Positions 41,027 through 54,491 of a stretch of DNA of 64,000 nucleotides are shown one piece after another. The number at the start of each line of letters is the position of its first letter. Within the stretch, counting starts at the first letter, position 1. The stretch covers positions 5,704,001-5,768,000 of the forward strand of contig OX597816.1 in assembly GCA_951406725.2 (NCBI GenBank), in the 5' to 3' direction. The position numbers and the translations under genes are program-made. The stretch comes from Octopus vulgaris (taxonomy: Eukaryota). The notes beneath the pieces are model-generated. The model saw only the letters and a program-made list of their open reading frames with translations. It did not search any database and was not told the origin of the DNA.

Positions 41027-41040
41027 CAGACAGATAGATG
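40770..41040. repeat. (TAGA)n/(CAGA)n array
   Basis: Direct reading. Confidence 0.95.
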
Positions 41041-41370
41041 TACATATACATACATACAAATATATATATATATATTTTTCTTTTTTTGAAACATTAGCGG
41101 TTTGCTAACATTTGAAAACTCTCAAGTTACATTTAGTATCAGCCTCTTATTACTTTTCACACGTATTTCGTAAATACCTTGTTGTTATAAATAAGGATTA
41201 GAAAACATTATGGTTGATATAGGAGAAAATAAAAATCCCGATATATCTGATAGACGAACAATCTGCTCTCTAATAAAGATTTAAGCATAGTCTTGCAACA
41301 TAGCGTTCAGATCCTCTATCCCGATTTAGAGAGATCATATCTGCTAATTATAAATGCCATTTGTATTTAA

Positions 41371-41632
41371 AGACGCAGGAGTGGCTATGTGGTACGAAGC
41401 TTGCTTCCCAACCACGTTGTTCTGGCTTTAGTCCCACTGCGTGGCACCTTGGGCAAGTGTCTTCTGCTATAACCTCGGGTCGACCAAAGACTACTGAGTG
41501 GATTTGGTAGACGGAAACTGAAAGAAGCCCGTCGTATATATACATGTATGTGTGTGTATGTTTGTTTGCATGTATATATTTGTGTACCTGTGTTTGTCCC
41601 CCTACCTTCGCCTGACAACCGATGTTGGTGTT
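41371..41632 (+). mobile_element. SINE family B, 3'-truncated
   Basis: Head and body match 35777-36070. Confidence 0.8.
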
Positions 41633-41643
41633 TATTATTATTA

Positions 41644-41692
<49 letters not shown>

Positions 41693-41727
41693 CATCATCA
41701 TCATTATAATCTTCATTATTATTTTTA

Positions 41728-41950
41728 AGGCGGCGAGCTGGTAGAATCGTTAGCATGCTGGACGAAATGCTTATCGATATTTTGCCCGTCGCTACGTTCT
41801 GAGTTCAAATTCCGCCGAGGTCGACCTTGCCCTTCACCCTTTCGGGGTCGATAATTCAAAAGTGCCAGTGAAACATTGAGATCTATGTAATCGACCTACC
41901 CCCTACCCCCAATATCGCTGCCTTTGGGGCAAAATTTGAAGCCATTATTG
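41728..41950 (+). mobile_element. SINE with family A head and alternative tail, next to (ATT)n
   Basis: AAGGCGGCGAGCTGGTAGAATCGTTAGC...GAGTTCAAATTCCGCCGAGGTCGAC...AAAATTTGAAGCCATTATT. Confidence 0.8.
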
Positions 41951-41989
41951 CTGTTCTTGTTGTTGATATTATTAGTACTACCACCACTG

Positions 41990-42023
<34 letters not shown>

Positions 42024-42132
42024 CACTACCACTACTACTACTACCACTACTACTGCTGCTGCTGCTGCTATTACTTCCATTATCACTACTTCTAACACGT
42101 GCAGAAGAACTAATTTACATGTAATGGTACAG

Positions 42133-42335
42133 TCGACCAAATCTAATCGTAGGTGTACCTGACTTCCGTATGCGTACCTTATCAACAAATCTAATCGTAG
42201 GTGTACCTGACTTCCGTATGCGTACCTTATCGACAAATCTAATCGTAGGTGTACCTGACTTCCGTATGCGTGCCTTATCGACAAATCTAATCGTAGGTGT
42301 ACCTGACTTCCGTATATGAGTACCTTATCGACAAA
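42133..42335. repeat. 48-bp minisatellite, ~4.2 copies
   Basis: Unit ATCGACAAATCTAATCGTAGGTGTACCTGACTTCCGTATGCGTACCTT. CAAATCT recurs at 42138, 42186, 42234 and 42282. Confidence 0.95.
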
Positions 42336-42384
42336 CAGCACACCAGATACTCATAGTTCCGAAAACGATGACTCTTCATTTCAG

Positions 42385-42423
42385 GAATACAAAACTAGAA
42401 GACAACCTCCAAGTTTTACGCAG
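42385..42423 (+). CDS. candidate 39-bp internal exon
   Basis: CTCTTCATTTCAG| acceptor and CAG|GTAAGC consensus donor, length divisible by 3, open in phases 0 and 2. Confidence 0.35.
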
Positions 42424-43016
42424 GTAAGCTAACGTTGGTTCAAGTCTTTTCCAAAATGCTTTAACTATGAAATGAGGGGGAATATAATTAGCTACAACTA
42501 GGACCTAAATTGGATGCTAATTTCTTCTTGAATTTTTGTCTTTTAACCAATGAAATTTTCTGTAACAAATCTCTGCCCAAAAGGGATATTCATACGATGT
42601 TTTAGACTCAACATTCTAATTTAACAAAGCTGTTATCAAGTATTCACGCTCGAAATTCTGGTAAATTCTTTAACTTAATAGCTGATTTCATTGCCGATGT
42701 ACAAAAGAAACGCTACTGGCAATTCGCTTTTATCTTTCGTTCTCTTTCACACGATATCTCCTTCGCTTTCTCTACTGCACGCTCTCTATCGTTGTCTCTT
42801 TCCGCTATGTTTCTCCATCTTCTCTTTCTCTCAGCCTCTCCTTCTCCCTAATACCTTATCAGTGTATATAATGCTATGGTAATTTATAAAACGTCTATTA
42901 TATCTTCAGAAGTGAAAAGATATTCATCAAAGTCTCTCAGTAATTATGCCGCCATTTATATTTAATTATATTATACCGAACGTGGAAAACATATATGATT
43001 TTTTACTCTGAGTATG

Positions 43017-43134
<118 letters not shown>

Positions 43135-44124
43135 GGCGTGTATGTATGTATGTATATATGTATGATTTTTCTTGGAGTTTAAGTTCAAACTAATCGCTGA
43201 CAAAGCGACAAGAATTTTTGAAACAGGAGTGTTTCTGCTCGTTGTACATATGTTTTTGCGGTGATGTACTGCTTTAGCTGTCGATGCATACATTTGCATG
43301 TGTGCATCTATTCATCTGCAGAATCTCACATAGACAATCTTTAGAATATCTTACAAGATATCACTGTGCCACTGACAGATTAAGCTTGGAGAATGAATGT
43401 CAGATTATTTAGTTCTCTCTTCGAAATCCCAAGTATTTCTAGGATTTCGTGTAGATTTGTATGTTGTATGTGTGGTATACTGTCTTCTCTTTTTACTAAT
43501 TTAAATTTCCCCTCTGAGGAAGGGGCTGGTTTCTAACACAGATATAAAGCCCTATCTTTGGAATGTAAATAACAAAAAGCATCTCGCATTTTAAACTCGA
43601 GTAAAGTCTTACATACTTTTACTGTTCCATTTACAAATTGTAATATGCGAGTTAAATGATAGATTTCTTTTTCTGGAAACCTAGTGCACCAGTTTTTATT
43701 GGTACAAATATGTACATATAATCGGAATCTAGAAGTTGGAGGTTCACCTTATCAGGACAGCTGACCTCTTTGACAATATATAGTTTTACTTCTCTGTCCC
43801 AAACAACAATATCTGACCTGTTATATTGATACTTGGCAGATGTTTTGATAAGAATATTCCACTAGAGTTGGAAATTAAATCCTTTTTTTATGTTTAGCAT
43901 AATATAATATTACACACACAAACGCGCACGTACATACACATACACGTGTGTGTGTATATATACAAATATATATATATACAAATATATATATATACAAATA
44001 TATACATACATATATATAGCAAAAATTCAAGAGAAATTTTTCGCCACCAGCGGTCCAGTGTGAAAGAAAAAATAGTCAACAGACTATATAATATATATAT
44101 ATATGTAAGTATATATACATATAT

Positions 44125-44315
<191 letters not shown>

Positions 44316-44878
44316 TATGGTTATTTTATACGCTTAATGATTGCCAATAGGTCATATTACAATGTCGATTATCGCAAAGACAGTATATACTTTACTTTTA
44401 TACAAACCAATATCACATCAATACTTGCACACGTAAATACGATATCTTGAATATATACTATGAAAAAACGTAATATAAACTCATTCATTTATCATTTAGT
44501 TTGTTTATCTAACTTTCTGTCTATCGAACTACATTTACATTTGTCTCTCCGTGTATCTATTTATCTATTGATCAAAACTAACTGTCGATTTAGTTCGATT
44601 ATCTATTAAATAGCTTGTTTATTATACTCTATTTTTATTAATATATGTATCTATATGCCAGTTTGTGAAGGAATGGGTGTTTGCATGTGTGGTCTCCATA
44701 TGAGTAATAGACATTGAACATGTTTTGAATTTCACCTGCATATATGTGTGTGTGTGTGCGTGTGATTATATACGATGTTAAATATTATTTTCGCATGAAG
44801 AGACATGAAAATAGATATAGTAAATTCTTAATTGCAAATGAAGAAACCAGGTGTTCGTGCAATAGCATACGCCATTGT

Positions 44879-45264
44879 GGTGGAAGAACTCCGTCGGTTA
44901 CGACGACGAGGGTTCCGGTTGATCCGAATCAACAGAACAGCCTGCTCGTGAAATTAACGTGTAAGTGGCTGAGCACTCCACAGACACGTGCACCCTTAAC
45001 GTAGTTCTCGGGGATATTCAGCGTGACACAGAGAGTGACAAGGCCGGCCCCTTTGAAGTACAGGTACAACAGAAACAGGAAGTAAAAGTGAGAGAAAGTT
45101 GTGGTGAAAGTGTACAGCAGGGATCACCACCATCCCCTGCCGGAGCCTTGTGGAGCTTTTAGGTGTTTTCGCTCAATAAACACTCACAACGCCCGGTCTG
45201 GGAATCGAAACCGCGATCCTATGACCGCGAGTCCGCTGCCCTAACCACTGGGCCATTGCCCCTC
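44879..45264 (-). mobile_element. tRNA-derived SINE (family D), full length
   Basis: Minus-strand head ATGGCCCAGTGGTTAGGGCAGCGGACTCGCGGTC...GGTTTCGATTCCC. 13-bp TSD CATACGCCATTGT at 44866-44878 and 45265-45277. Confidence 0.9.
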
Positions 45265-46005
45265 CATACGCCATTGTATACTTCTCTTTAGTATAAAAGA
45301 TGTTCTAGTCTCATTATCACCGTGATATCTTTGGAAATATAAATTATCTGGCCATTTATCTATGCAGCCATTCATTAGAATATATCTCTCTTTGTCTGAT
45401 TCTCTTTATTCGTTATTTAACATTAATTAGAAGAACATTATCTCTTCTACACACTTGACAACTAACGGACGATTGTGTGTTCTAATTACCAACAGAGACC
45501 TTTGTTCTTTGCCAGCCTTGCATACGTAATTACTTTTTCAAGTGGTTGGTGTAAGGAAATATCACTGGAATATATTTATTTTCCTTAACTAAATAAGAAA
45601 GGACGGATTTAATAGGAGATGAGAATTGGAATATTTTTCATGTTTGTAAATTCCCCACTGGTACAATTACTAGAATTAATGAAGTAGGATTCTATTACTG
45701 GAATTTATTTTACTTCTACTTCAACCAAACTATCTTTGAAGATAACAGATATTGTTGGGAAATGAAAATAATCATCAAAATACAATGAACGATCTCATAA
45801 CAAATTAATGCCACAGACCGAGAAAGTTGCCACTGGCTCGGGAAACAATTGTTTATAAGTAGAATGGATTAAAGGAAATGAAATAAAGCTTGTAAAAGGA
45901 TGACGAAGAAGTCAGTTGTTCTGGTGTAACAATAGGAAGACCTAGCATCCGATAAAGCGAGATACTATAAACACATACACACAGCACACAGTATACATAC
46001 ACACA

Positions 46006-46112
<107 letters not shown>

Positions 46113-46211
46113 GAAAAATACAAACTGGGACAAGAACGTAAAACATTTAGAAGACGATACAAAAAACACGGACGGGACATTCGAAGCCTTCAATCTTCAG
46201 TCAAGAATCGG

Positions 46212-46262
<51 letters not shown>

Positions 46263-46311
46263 TTTAGGAAAGAATGGAGCTGAACGAAGATTTAAAAAAT
46301 TCCTTTATTTT

Positions 46312-46397
46312 ATTTTCGACATATGTTTCGAAGTCTGCAAAGTCCCTAATTCCGATTGAATAAGGAGTCCATTTTGCAGCTTCCTCTTCAGGAAAAT
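46312..46397 (-). ncRNA. type I hammerhead ribozyme with extended helix II
   Basis: Minus strand reads ATTTTC-CTGAAGA-G-GAAG-CTGCAAA...TTTGCAG-A-CTTC-GAA-ACATATGT-C-GAAAAT, with a GUC site and a 6-bp helix I. It lies in a (TA)n-flanked remnant at 46261-46504. Confidence 0.85.
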
Positions 46398-46499
46398 CCA
46401 GGAACTTAATTCTCCAACAAAATGTTGTGATTTTTGCTACCCAGGTATCGGTTATCATTTGAATTATCCGTAATAAGATAATTCATTTATCTACTTCAA

Positions 46500-46566
<67 letters not shown>

Positions 46567-46723
46567 CTGAACTCATATATATATATATATATAAGTTCAG
46601 CAAAATTTAGATTCAAATGAATATGGTACTTAAGTCAAAGGCACCAGAATTTTGTATGGTATTATCCATATAAATCCATGGGGTGATTATAATCAAAATA
46701 AGCAACAAGTATATCTTCGGTAA

Positions 46724-46811
46724 TTTGGTACGATCGTTTCATGCTACTTCATTTCATTAAACACTGTAAGTATTACATCAGTTTTAAAATGTTGAGCAAT
46801 CTTCAGCCATT
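46724..46811 (-). ncRNA. type I hammerhead ribozyme with large helix II insertion
   Basis: Minus strand reads TGG-CTGAAGA-T-TGCT...AGCA-T-GAA-ACGATCGT-A-CCA, with a GUA site. Confidence 0.7.
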
Positions 46812-47689
46812 TATAGAGGTCTTCCATCAAACGGACAATACATATACTTATTTCCATTTCGTTTGCCAACATTATAAAGAGGGTAGATATACAGACAGAA
46901 AAGTTGATTTGATGGTTAAGAAGATGATAGTATTAAAATTTACCTTCTAACTATAGATTTTTTCCTTTATTTATTTAGGTCTGTTAGTGGGGATCGAGAG
47001 ATTTTCGGTTGGATGGAGACAAAGAATTTTTCTCTTTATAGATATAGGAAGGGGTAAAATAAATGTCAAAAGTTATTTATGTTGAAGTTTAAGTGGTAGG
47101 AGAATTATAGGCTATTAATGTCTAGATGAGTGTAATTTCCCTTGTTAACCATTAACACGGAAAAAATAGATAAATAGTTACCAGTGTAGCAAAAAATCAC
47201 TTAAGTAAAGAGGTTGTAACTCCTTGTTTTTAAAGGTAGAAATTCGGGTTTACGTGGAATTTTTTGTATAATATATAAATAAATGGAGTTTAACGCAGGT
47301 ATAATTCAAATAATATTTTTCTTCTATACTTGTAGTATTGCAGTCCGCGAAGCATACCTGCATATGGAAGGAACATGTCTAATCATTTATTTAGAAACCA
47401 GCAGACACACTGTATCAGGAAACGTGCCACTGTGGCGACGCCATATTCTACAATTTGTTAAACCATTCTTTGGGATGAAAGTCATTTGACGTTTGCGTTT
47501 ACTGAACGGATTCGAACCAACCTTGTCCTGAATGGAATATTCAGCTACAAAATTCGTTATTATACACGTGATTAACTAACTCAGCCCAAGCTTTTCTAGA
47601 GAGGGGTTGCTCTTCACAGATGTTTGCGTCGATGGTTCTTAGTTTTGGTATAAACTGCATCTTCTCCCTTAGACTTTCTCTATAATTTT

Positions 47690-48060
47690 ATATCTTTTGC
47701 ACACATTTTGTCAATATAGCTTTTTCTGCAGACTTACTCTTCTCCACAGACCGATCAGCCAGCAACCATAATGCCAGTCGAGCCACTTGTCTGCCATCGA
47801 CCAACATAGATATGCAGAACACTCTCACAGAACAATTACATAGTATATACCCCAGGAACCTGCTGTTTCCTGCTGTTCTCTTTCGTTATATTTTGTTTCT
47901 AGACAGAAGGTCGGCCTCTACTAATACAACTGGGACCTTTCACTACCATCTGATCTTGTTTCTCTTCTCTGCATGTCATATAATTCATAGGAAACAATGT
48001 CCTCATCAGGAAGTCTATGCAGATCTGAACATACCACCTTCCACACGTAGTTCGAGATGA
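47690..48060 (-). pseudogene. possible highly decayed RTE-clade LINE C-terminus
   Basis: Minus-strand HRLPDEDIVSYELY...RSDG and LLADRS resemble the RTE motifs RMPD..LY..RS.G and LA.DRS.WR. Confidence 0.3.
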
Positions 48061-48217
48061 TATTAGGCCAAGAGTCAACACACACACACTCACACACACA
48101 CACCACACACTCACACACACACACCACACACTCACGCACTCACACACACACACCACACACGCATACAACGTACGTACGTATGTATATATATATTTTATAT
48201 ATATATGTATGTACGTA

Positions 48218-48254
<37 letters not shown>

Positions 48255-48261
<7 letters not shown>

Positions 48262-48825
48262 AGGAATGACCACTAGGAGGATTCCTAATATGCTAAAGGT
48301 AGACCCCCATCTAGTCTGACCGCTATGAAAAATTGTTCTCAAGAAAATTCGGCAAACGCCAGAACACAAAGCGAGCAAGACAAATGAAAAAATGCAAAAT
48401 ATAGTGATTAGCCACATACCATGATTTCATTGTTACCATTTACATTTCGTAAATGTCTACAAATCCTTAGTGTAACCATCATGGAAAATATAATTTGCAG
48501 AACTATACACGAGACGTCCTCCCGAGAGATAACATGCATACAGTTCTATCAATTATGTTCGTTTTGGCGCGCCGAAGCCTGGAAATGACTCTGCAGAAAA
48601 TAAGGATTTGCAGACAGTTACGTAATGTAGATGGTAACAATGAAACCATGGTATGGGACAAATCACTATATTTTGTATCTTTTCACTTGACTTGTTCGCT
48701 TTACGTTCTGGCGTTTGTCGAATTTTCTTGAGAACAATTTTTTCAATTTTTCTTAGTGGTCGGACCATATGGGGTCTACCTTTAGCATATTAGGAATCGA
48801 CCTAGTGGCCATTTCTCTTATATAT
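48255..48825. mobile_element. fold-back element with ~215-bp inverted arms
   Basis: 48255-48470 is the reverse complement of 48601-48825 (e.g. GATTCCTAATATGCTAAAGGTAGACCCC / GGGGTCTACCTTTAGCATATTAGGAATC). Flanked by TA runs. Confidence 0.85.
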
Positions 48826-49682
48826 ATGTAATATAAATATCTGAATCTTCAGATTTTTTTCAATATGCTAGGCCACTGGTTTAAATTTTTACCCTTATTA
48901 TTTAAATTTAGATGTTCTCTAATCGGCAAGCTTCGATGCAAAAAATCATTTCTACTATTAACAAACAACGAAGCTTCATAATCTTTTCCCCTCTATCAAT
49001 TCAGGGACGATACAACCTGTAGTCAGCGCATTAGTAAAGAGCCATTCTTTATCACAAAATATAAACCCCTTTTGAACGCATCCCCAACAAATGGCACTGT
49101 TATCGAACCTTAGAATAACACCCACGCAAATATTAAAAACGATATATTCAAAACAATCGCCGCGAGAATTTATTCAGAACGATTTCAATCACTACTATCA
49201 TTCACAACGAGTCACTTTTAGGTCACTTGACCATCTAAGTGGATTCCATCAACATCCTGCTACTGTCATACCAGTCCCGCATTCTTTTCCTCCTCCTCCT
49301 CCTCCTCATCATCATCATCATCATCATCATCATCTTCTTCTTCTACTTTTTCTTCTACTTCTTTTTCTTCTTCGTCTTCTACTTTTTCACCGCCGCTTCC
49401 TGTCTCAACTACTACTTCTGCTTTAACAATCAAAGACAAGAATTCATATCAAACTAGCTGCTGCTAACAACCCAGAACCCACAAGAGTAAAAATGAGAGA
49501 CAGAGACAGACAGAAGAAAGGAAAACGTCTCTTGCATTTGAAAACTATAGAAATATGTTTTTTTTAAAATCGCCATTTCATTTAATTTTTCCACACTTTA
49601 ATTATTTTTCATACTTTAACCGGTATTAAATGTTCTTTAATTATTTTAGCTTTTTCTACTTTGTCACATTTTCCTTATATGC

Positions 49683-49783
<101 letters not shown>

Positions 49784-50559
49784 CTTCTTTCAGTTTCTGT
49801 CTGCCAAATTCACTCACAAGGTTTTGGTTGGCCTGCAGCTATAGTAGAAGACACTTGCCCAAGGTATCTGGACTGCATGTGTATATTGGTGCTTGCGTGT
49901 ATTCTTGCTTGTGTGGTCTGTACCTCTTTATATAATTTGAAATACTCGGTTGGTATAACTCTTTCGAAATAGCTATAATTCTTAAAGATTGCTGCAATAG
50001 AAAGTTCTTGGTGTAGTACAGAACAATTATATGTAAAAGACGAGCCGGAATGTGGTTGAACGGAAAGTAACAACGCTGTAGCTATTAGAGCACAAGTTTA
50101 ACAAAGATAATAAACAGACCAAACCGGAATATTAAATATTAACGTATCGAAAAATGTAAGATCTGTCAAATATAGGAAATGATAGCTTCATGAAATATTA
50201 GTAGAAAGAGTAGCAATATCTAACTATAAACACTTTGCATAATAACTGCCAGGGAAAAAAATCGATAACTGTTTTTTCTCTTCATTCTTACGAAACTACA
50301 GAAAATTCTGCTAATGGTATTCTATAGTAGGAGCAAATGTACTTAACATGCATGTCTTATCATTAAATTATTTTGGGTAATAACAGGAGGAACTCTGAAC
50401 CAAAAATGAAGATATGCAGAAAGATTAGAAAATTGTTCGCAATAAATATTAAGGGATTTTTTTTTTTCATCTTGAAAACGTTTAAATGTATTTCTTTCTT
50501 GTTTTTGCAAAGTTGTTTTCACCTTTTAGGTAGAATATTTGACACATGCGTAGTATGCT

Positions 50560-50645
<86 letters not shown>

Positions 50646-50828
50646 TACATACATACATAAACACAGATACGAACACACACATATATACAATATATACATA
50701 TACATGTATATATACATACACACACAATACATATACATACATATATACATTTGCGCGCGCGCACACACACTTATGTAGAAGATTGAAAAGAAACAAACAA
50801 GTTGATATGTATAAGGAAAAAGTCAAGG

Positions 50829-51171
50829 TAGAAAATGCTAAAATAATTTTATCATGAAGAACATTTTAGTACCGGTTTCAGTCATTGAGACTTTTTCAAC
50901 TGTAAGTATGGAAAACAATTAAATTTTGCAAAAAATAAAATGAAAAGTTTTTGAAAAGAATATTTGCATGGTATTCAAATACAAGGGACATTTCCTTGTT
51001 TCTGCCTGTCTCGGTCTCCCTTGTTTACTCTTGTGGGTTTGAGGTCGTTGTGAATTCTTAGCAGAGAAGAAGAAGAAGAAGAAGAAGAAGAAGAAGAAGA
51101 AGAAGAAGAAGAAGAAGAAGAAGAAGAAGAAGAAGAAGAAGAAGAAGAAGAAGAAGAAGAAGAAGAAGAAG

Positions 51172-51208
<37 letters not shown>

Positions 51209-51391
51209 GGCAAGCAAGAAGAAGTAAGAGAGGCAGGCAGAAATAAGGAAAATGCCCTTGTATTTGAATACTATGCAAAAAACTTTTCTTTTAATTTTTC
51301 AAAACTCTAATAGTTTTCCATAGTTAGGGCTCCAGAAGTCTAAATAACTGATACCGATAGAAAATGATATAATATTTTTAGCATTTTCTAG
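50829..51391. mobile_element. fold-back element with (GAA)n core and a degenerate hammerhead
   Basis: Arms 50829-51012 and 51229-51391 are inverted, with (GAA)n at 51066-51201. A solo arm of the same family lies at ~49495-49660. Confidence 0.75.
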
Positions 51392-51408
51392 CATTTTTCC
51401 GATGGCCG

Positions 51409-51470
51409 GATAACTGAAGAGATGGGGGGCGTGGATGTCCACCTCGGCATCCGAAACTCGGAGTTTTATC
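51409..51470 (+). ncRNA. type I hammerhead ribozyme
   Basis: GATAA-CTGAAGA-GATG...CATC-C-GAA-ACTCGGAGT-T-TTATC. Same family as 6038-6098. Confidence 0.75.
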
Positions 51471-51572
51471 ATGGCTACCGAATAATTGTCTCATATTACA
51501 TCTACAGATAAATTTCCCTATTTACATAATATCGAGGTCTCTATCATTCTTTTGTTGTCTTACCATTTTTAT

Positions 51573-51628
<56 letters not shown>

Positions 51629-51703
51629 TAATCGATGAAATTTCAAGTAAATATAAAACCATCCAAATTTCTGAGTACCTCAGATGTGTTGAGTGCCATT
51701 TTC

Positions 51704-51821
<118 letters not shown>

Positions 51822-52073
51822 ATATACGTTTGTTTGTCTGAGTGTGTGTATTTGTGTATGTGTGTATGTATGTGTGTGTGCTTTTATGTACGACCATTTT
51901 ATATATAAAGATAGATTTAATCTTAACTGAAAGATTACGCAAAACTTTTACAAATAGAAAACATTTAATAACCTTTGACTACAGCTTATTCTTTGTAAAC
52001 TCCTCGTAAAAGCTTAATAAGCAAATGTGTATACACACACAAACACACAAAAACACACATACTCATACACACA

Positions 52074-52180
<107 letters not shown>

Positions 52181-52639
52181 GTATATATATATACACACAC
52201 ACACATATATACCTGTGTGTGTGTGTTTTTGTCTATGTGTTCACGAATCGTATGTGTATATGTCTGTGTGTCTGTGTGTATATGTGAGTGTGTGCTTAAT
52301 CATATGTATATATTTATGTGAATGTAATTTACAAAGATGAAACATTGTATATAATTCAAACTTTGACATAAACTAAAAACAAATTAATGAAAATCAAGTT
52401 ATAATTACATCCGTACAAACAACAAAATGGTTGAATATTCTTTGCGTTTAATTTCGATGCATACAAAGTTTCAACGACTCATAGAGATACGAATAACTTG
52501 TATTTTGTAGTTGAGGAAATTGTGATACTCGAAATGTTAACGTGAAACTATAATACCAGATCATTTCGAATGAAGTGTCCGAGTTTGGACCGAACGTTTA
52601 TCTTACTTGATCTCAACAAAAGTCGTGCAGTTTGTCAAA

Positions 52640-53630
52640 GAATGCACCTAAATTATCAGCACCATTTCGCCATTTTATCGGTAGCTTATTTATGCCGAAA
52701 GTAAAGAATTCTGGAGAGCAAGAGATGGTGAAATCACGAAAGGTTGTTCTTGCATCTTCTTCCGATTTGAAGTTTTTTTGCTAGCAAAACGTTGTGTTAT
52801 GGAAAACGTGAGAGTCAGTTGGTGTAAGATCTGGTGAATATGGTGGATGACAGAGTACTTCCAAGTGCAGTTCCTGTAACTTGAGTAGAGTTCTTTGTGC
52901 AACATGTTGTGGAGCATGGACTTGCATGACAATCAACCTGTCTCTGTTGACCAATCTCGGTTCTTTAATTGCAAGTTCACTCATGATTTCATCGAATTGG
53001 TTGATGTACGCATCCGCTGTAACTGCCTTACCAGCACTCATAAAGCAGTAGTGCATGACTCCAACGTTGGACCACCAAATAGACACCATTAAATATTCTT
53101 TTTTGGATTGTGTTTTGGCACTTCATCTCTATCCAACCACAGTGCACAACTCTTCCTATTTTTGAAGAGAATCCAGTTTTCATCACACGTAACAATACGA
53201 TGTAAAAGTGGTTCGCTTTTATGCCGTGACAGCAAAGAACAGCAAGTTTCTTCAAGACAACGTGTCATTTGATGCTCTTTCAGTTCGCGTGGTACCCACT
53301 TGTCCAGCTTCCGATTTCTTTCAGATGGTCCAATTCAGCTGGAATCGAAACATCAAACTACACCAAACGCGTAGTTTGAGATGTATCTGCTTCCACTTCA
53401 GTTTCCAACGTATCATTAGCTACCTTGGTCTCAGGTCCACCATGGGGCTGATTTTCAAGAGTAAAGTCACCAGACAGGAACATCTCGAACCATCGACGTA
53501 CAGTGCGCTCAGTCGCCACATCTTCACTATACACCTCATTGATGTTTCGAGCTCTCTGAAACGCAATGGTTTCACGACAGAAATCATATTCGTAAACAAC
53601 ACGAATTTTTTTATCTATCCATGGATTCAC
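52640..53630 (-). pseudogene. mariner transposase pseudogene
   Basis: Frameshifted ORFs contain ERTVRRWF..F.SGDFTLENQPHG, MVSIWWSNVGVMHY and EVLCHPPYSPDLTPTD. Confidence 0.9.
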
Positions 53631-53699
53631 AAAAATTAATTTACAACAGAAAACTCAAAATATAATCAAAGGCCATAAATTACGTTTCGAAAAGTGATG

Positions 53700-54238
53700 A
53701 TGTCACGTAACGAGCATGCAAAAAGCACCCTTCAAATGTTGAGCGATACGTTGTACTCGTGAAGACCTGTGGAGCCGAGTGCAATCGTAGTCGTGGGCGA
53801 TACTGGTGCTGTCTGACTGGCACCTGTGCCGGTGGGACGTAAAAAGCTGCGTTCGAGCGTTGGGCCTCATGGAGATAGTGAGAAAAGACCGACACCTTTG
53901 ACGGTATACCGTGCTTCTGTAGACCCGTCCAGCCAAGCGAGACCGAAGCCGTGGTTTATGCTGGTATCGGGTCAATAGCACCCGTGCTGGTGACGCGTAA
54001 AAATAAACACCCACTACGCTCTCGGAGTGGTTGGCGTTAGGAAGGGCATCCAGTCGTATAAACTTTGCCAAATCAAAACGGAATCTGGTACTGCTCCTCG
54101 GCTTGCCAGTTTTCAGTCAAACAATTCCACCCATGCCAGCATGGAAAACAGACATATGACGATGATGATGATGATGATGATGATGACGACGATGATGACG
54201 ATAATGATGACGACGATGATGACGGCGATGATGATGAC
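53700..54238 (+). mobile_element. RTE-related non-autonomous retroposon with (GAT)n tail
   Basis: GGAGTGGTTGGCGTTAGGAAGGGCATCCAG motif, 3' end CCCATGCCAGCATGGAAAA...(GAT)n, and degenerate upstream tandem subunits. Confidence 0.6.
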
Positions 54239-54301
54239 ATATATATATATGTGAAACTCAGAGTAACAGGTTTTGTTGAATTTTCTGCTGCTTTAAATAA
54301 A

Positions 54302-54358
<57 letters not shown>

Positions 54359-54440
54359 GGTCCCGGGTTGAGTCGAGGTTAACCACAGTAAATAAGGTAC
54401 TCAATACATAGCAGAGTAAATTAATTTATTATATGGAAGG

Positions 54441-54491
54441 AGCTTCTACAGGACTAGAACTGTTTCATTCAAAAGAAATCATCAGGAAGCT
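54441..54491 (-). ncRNA. type I hammerhead ribozyme (sense to the PLE ORF)
   Basis: Minus strand reads AGCTTC-CTGATGA-T-TTC-TTTT-GAA-T-GAA-ACAG-TTCTAGTC-CTGT-A-GAAGCT. Confidence 0.85.

Noticed and set aside
42133-42335. 48-bp repeats as CRISPR, or as a 16-aa repeat protein (ORF 41883-42341)
   Set aside because: The units are contiguous with no spacers, and the ORF runs into a triplet microsatellite and a SINE.
44879-45264. tRNA genes in SINE heads (also 24721, 23160, 35777)
   Set aside because: A/B boxes are present, but they continue into SINE bodies, some with TSDs, and no complete cloverleaf is evident.
47730-48060. Open plus-strand frame of ~110 codons as a terminal exon
   Set aside because: No recognisable domain, and it is better explained as the antisense of a decayed RTE-like fragment.
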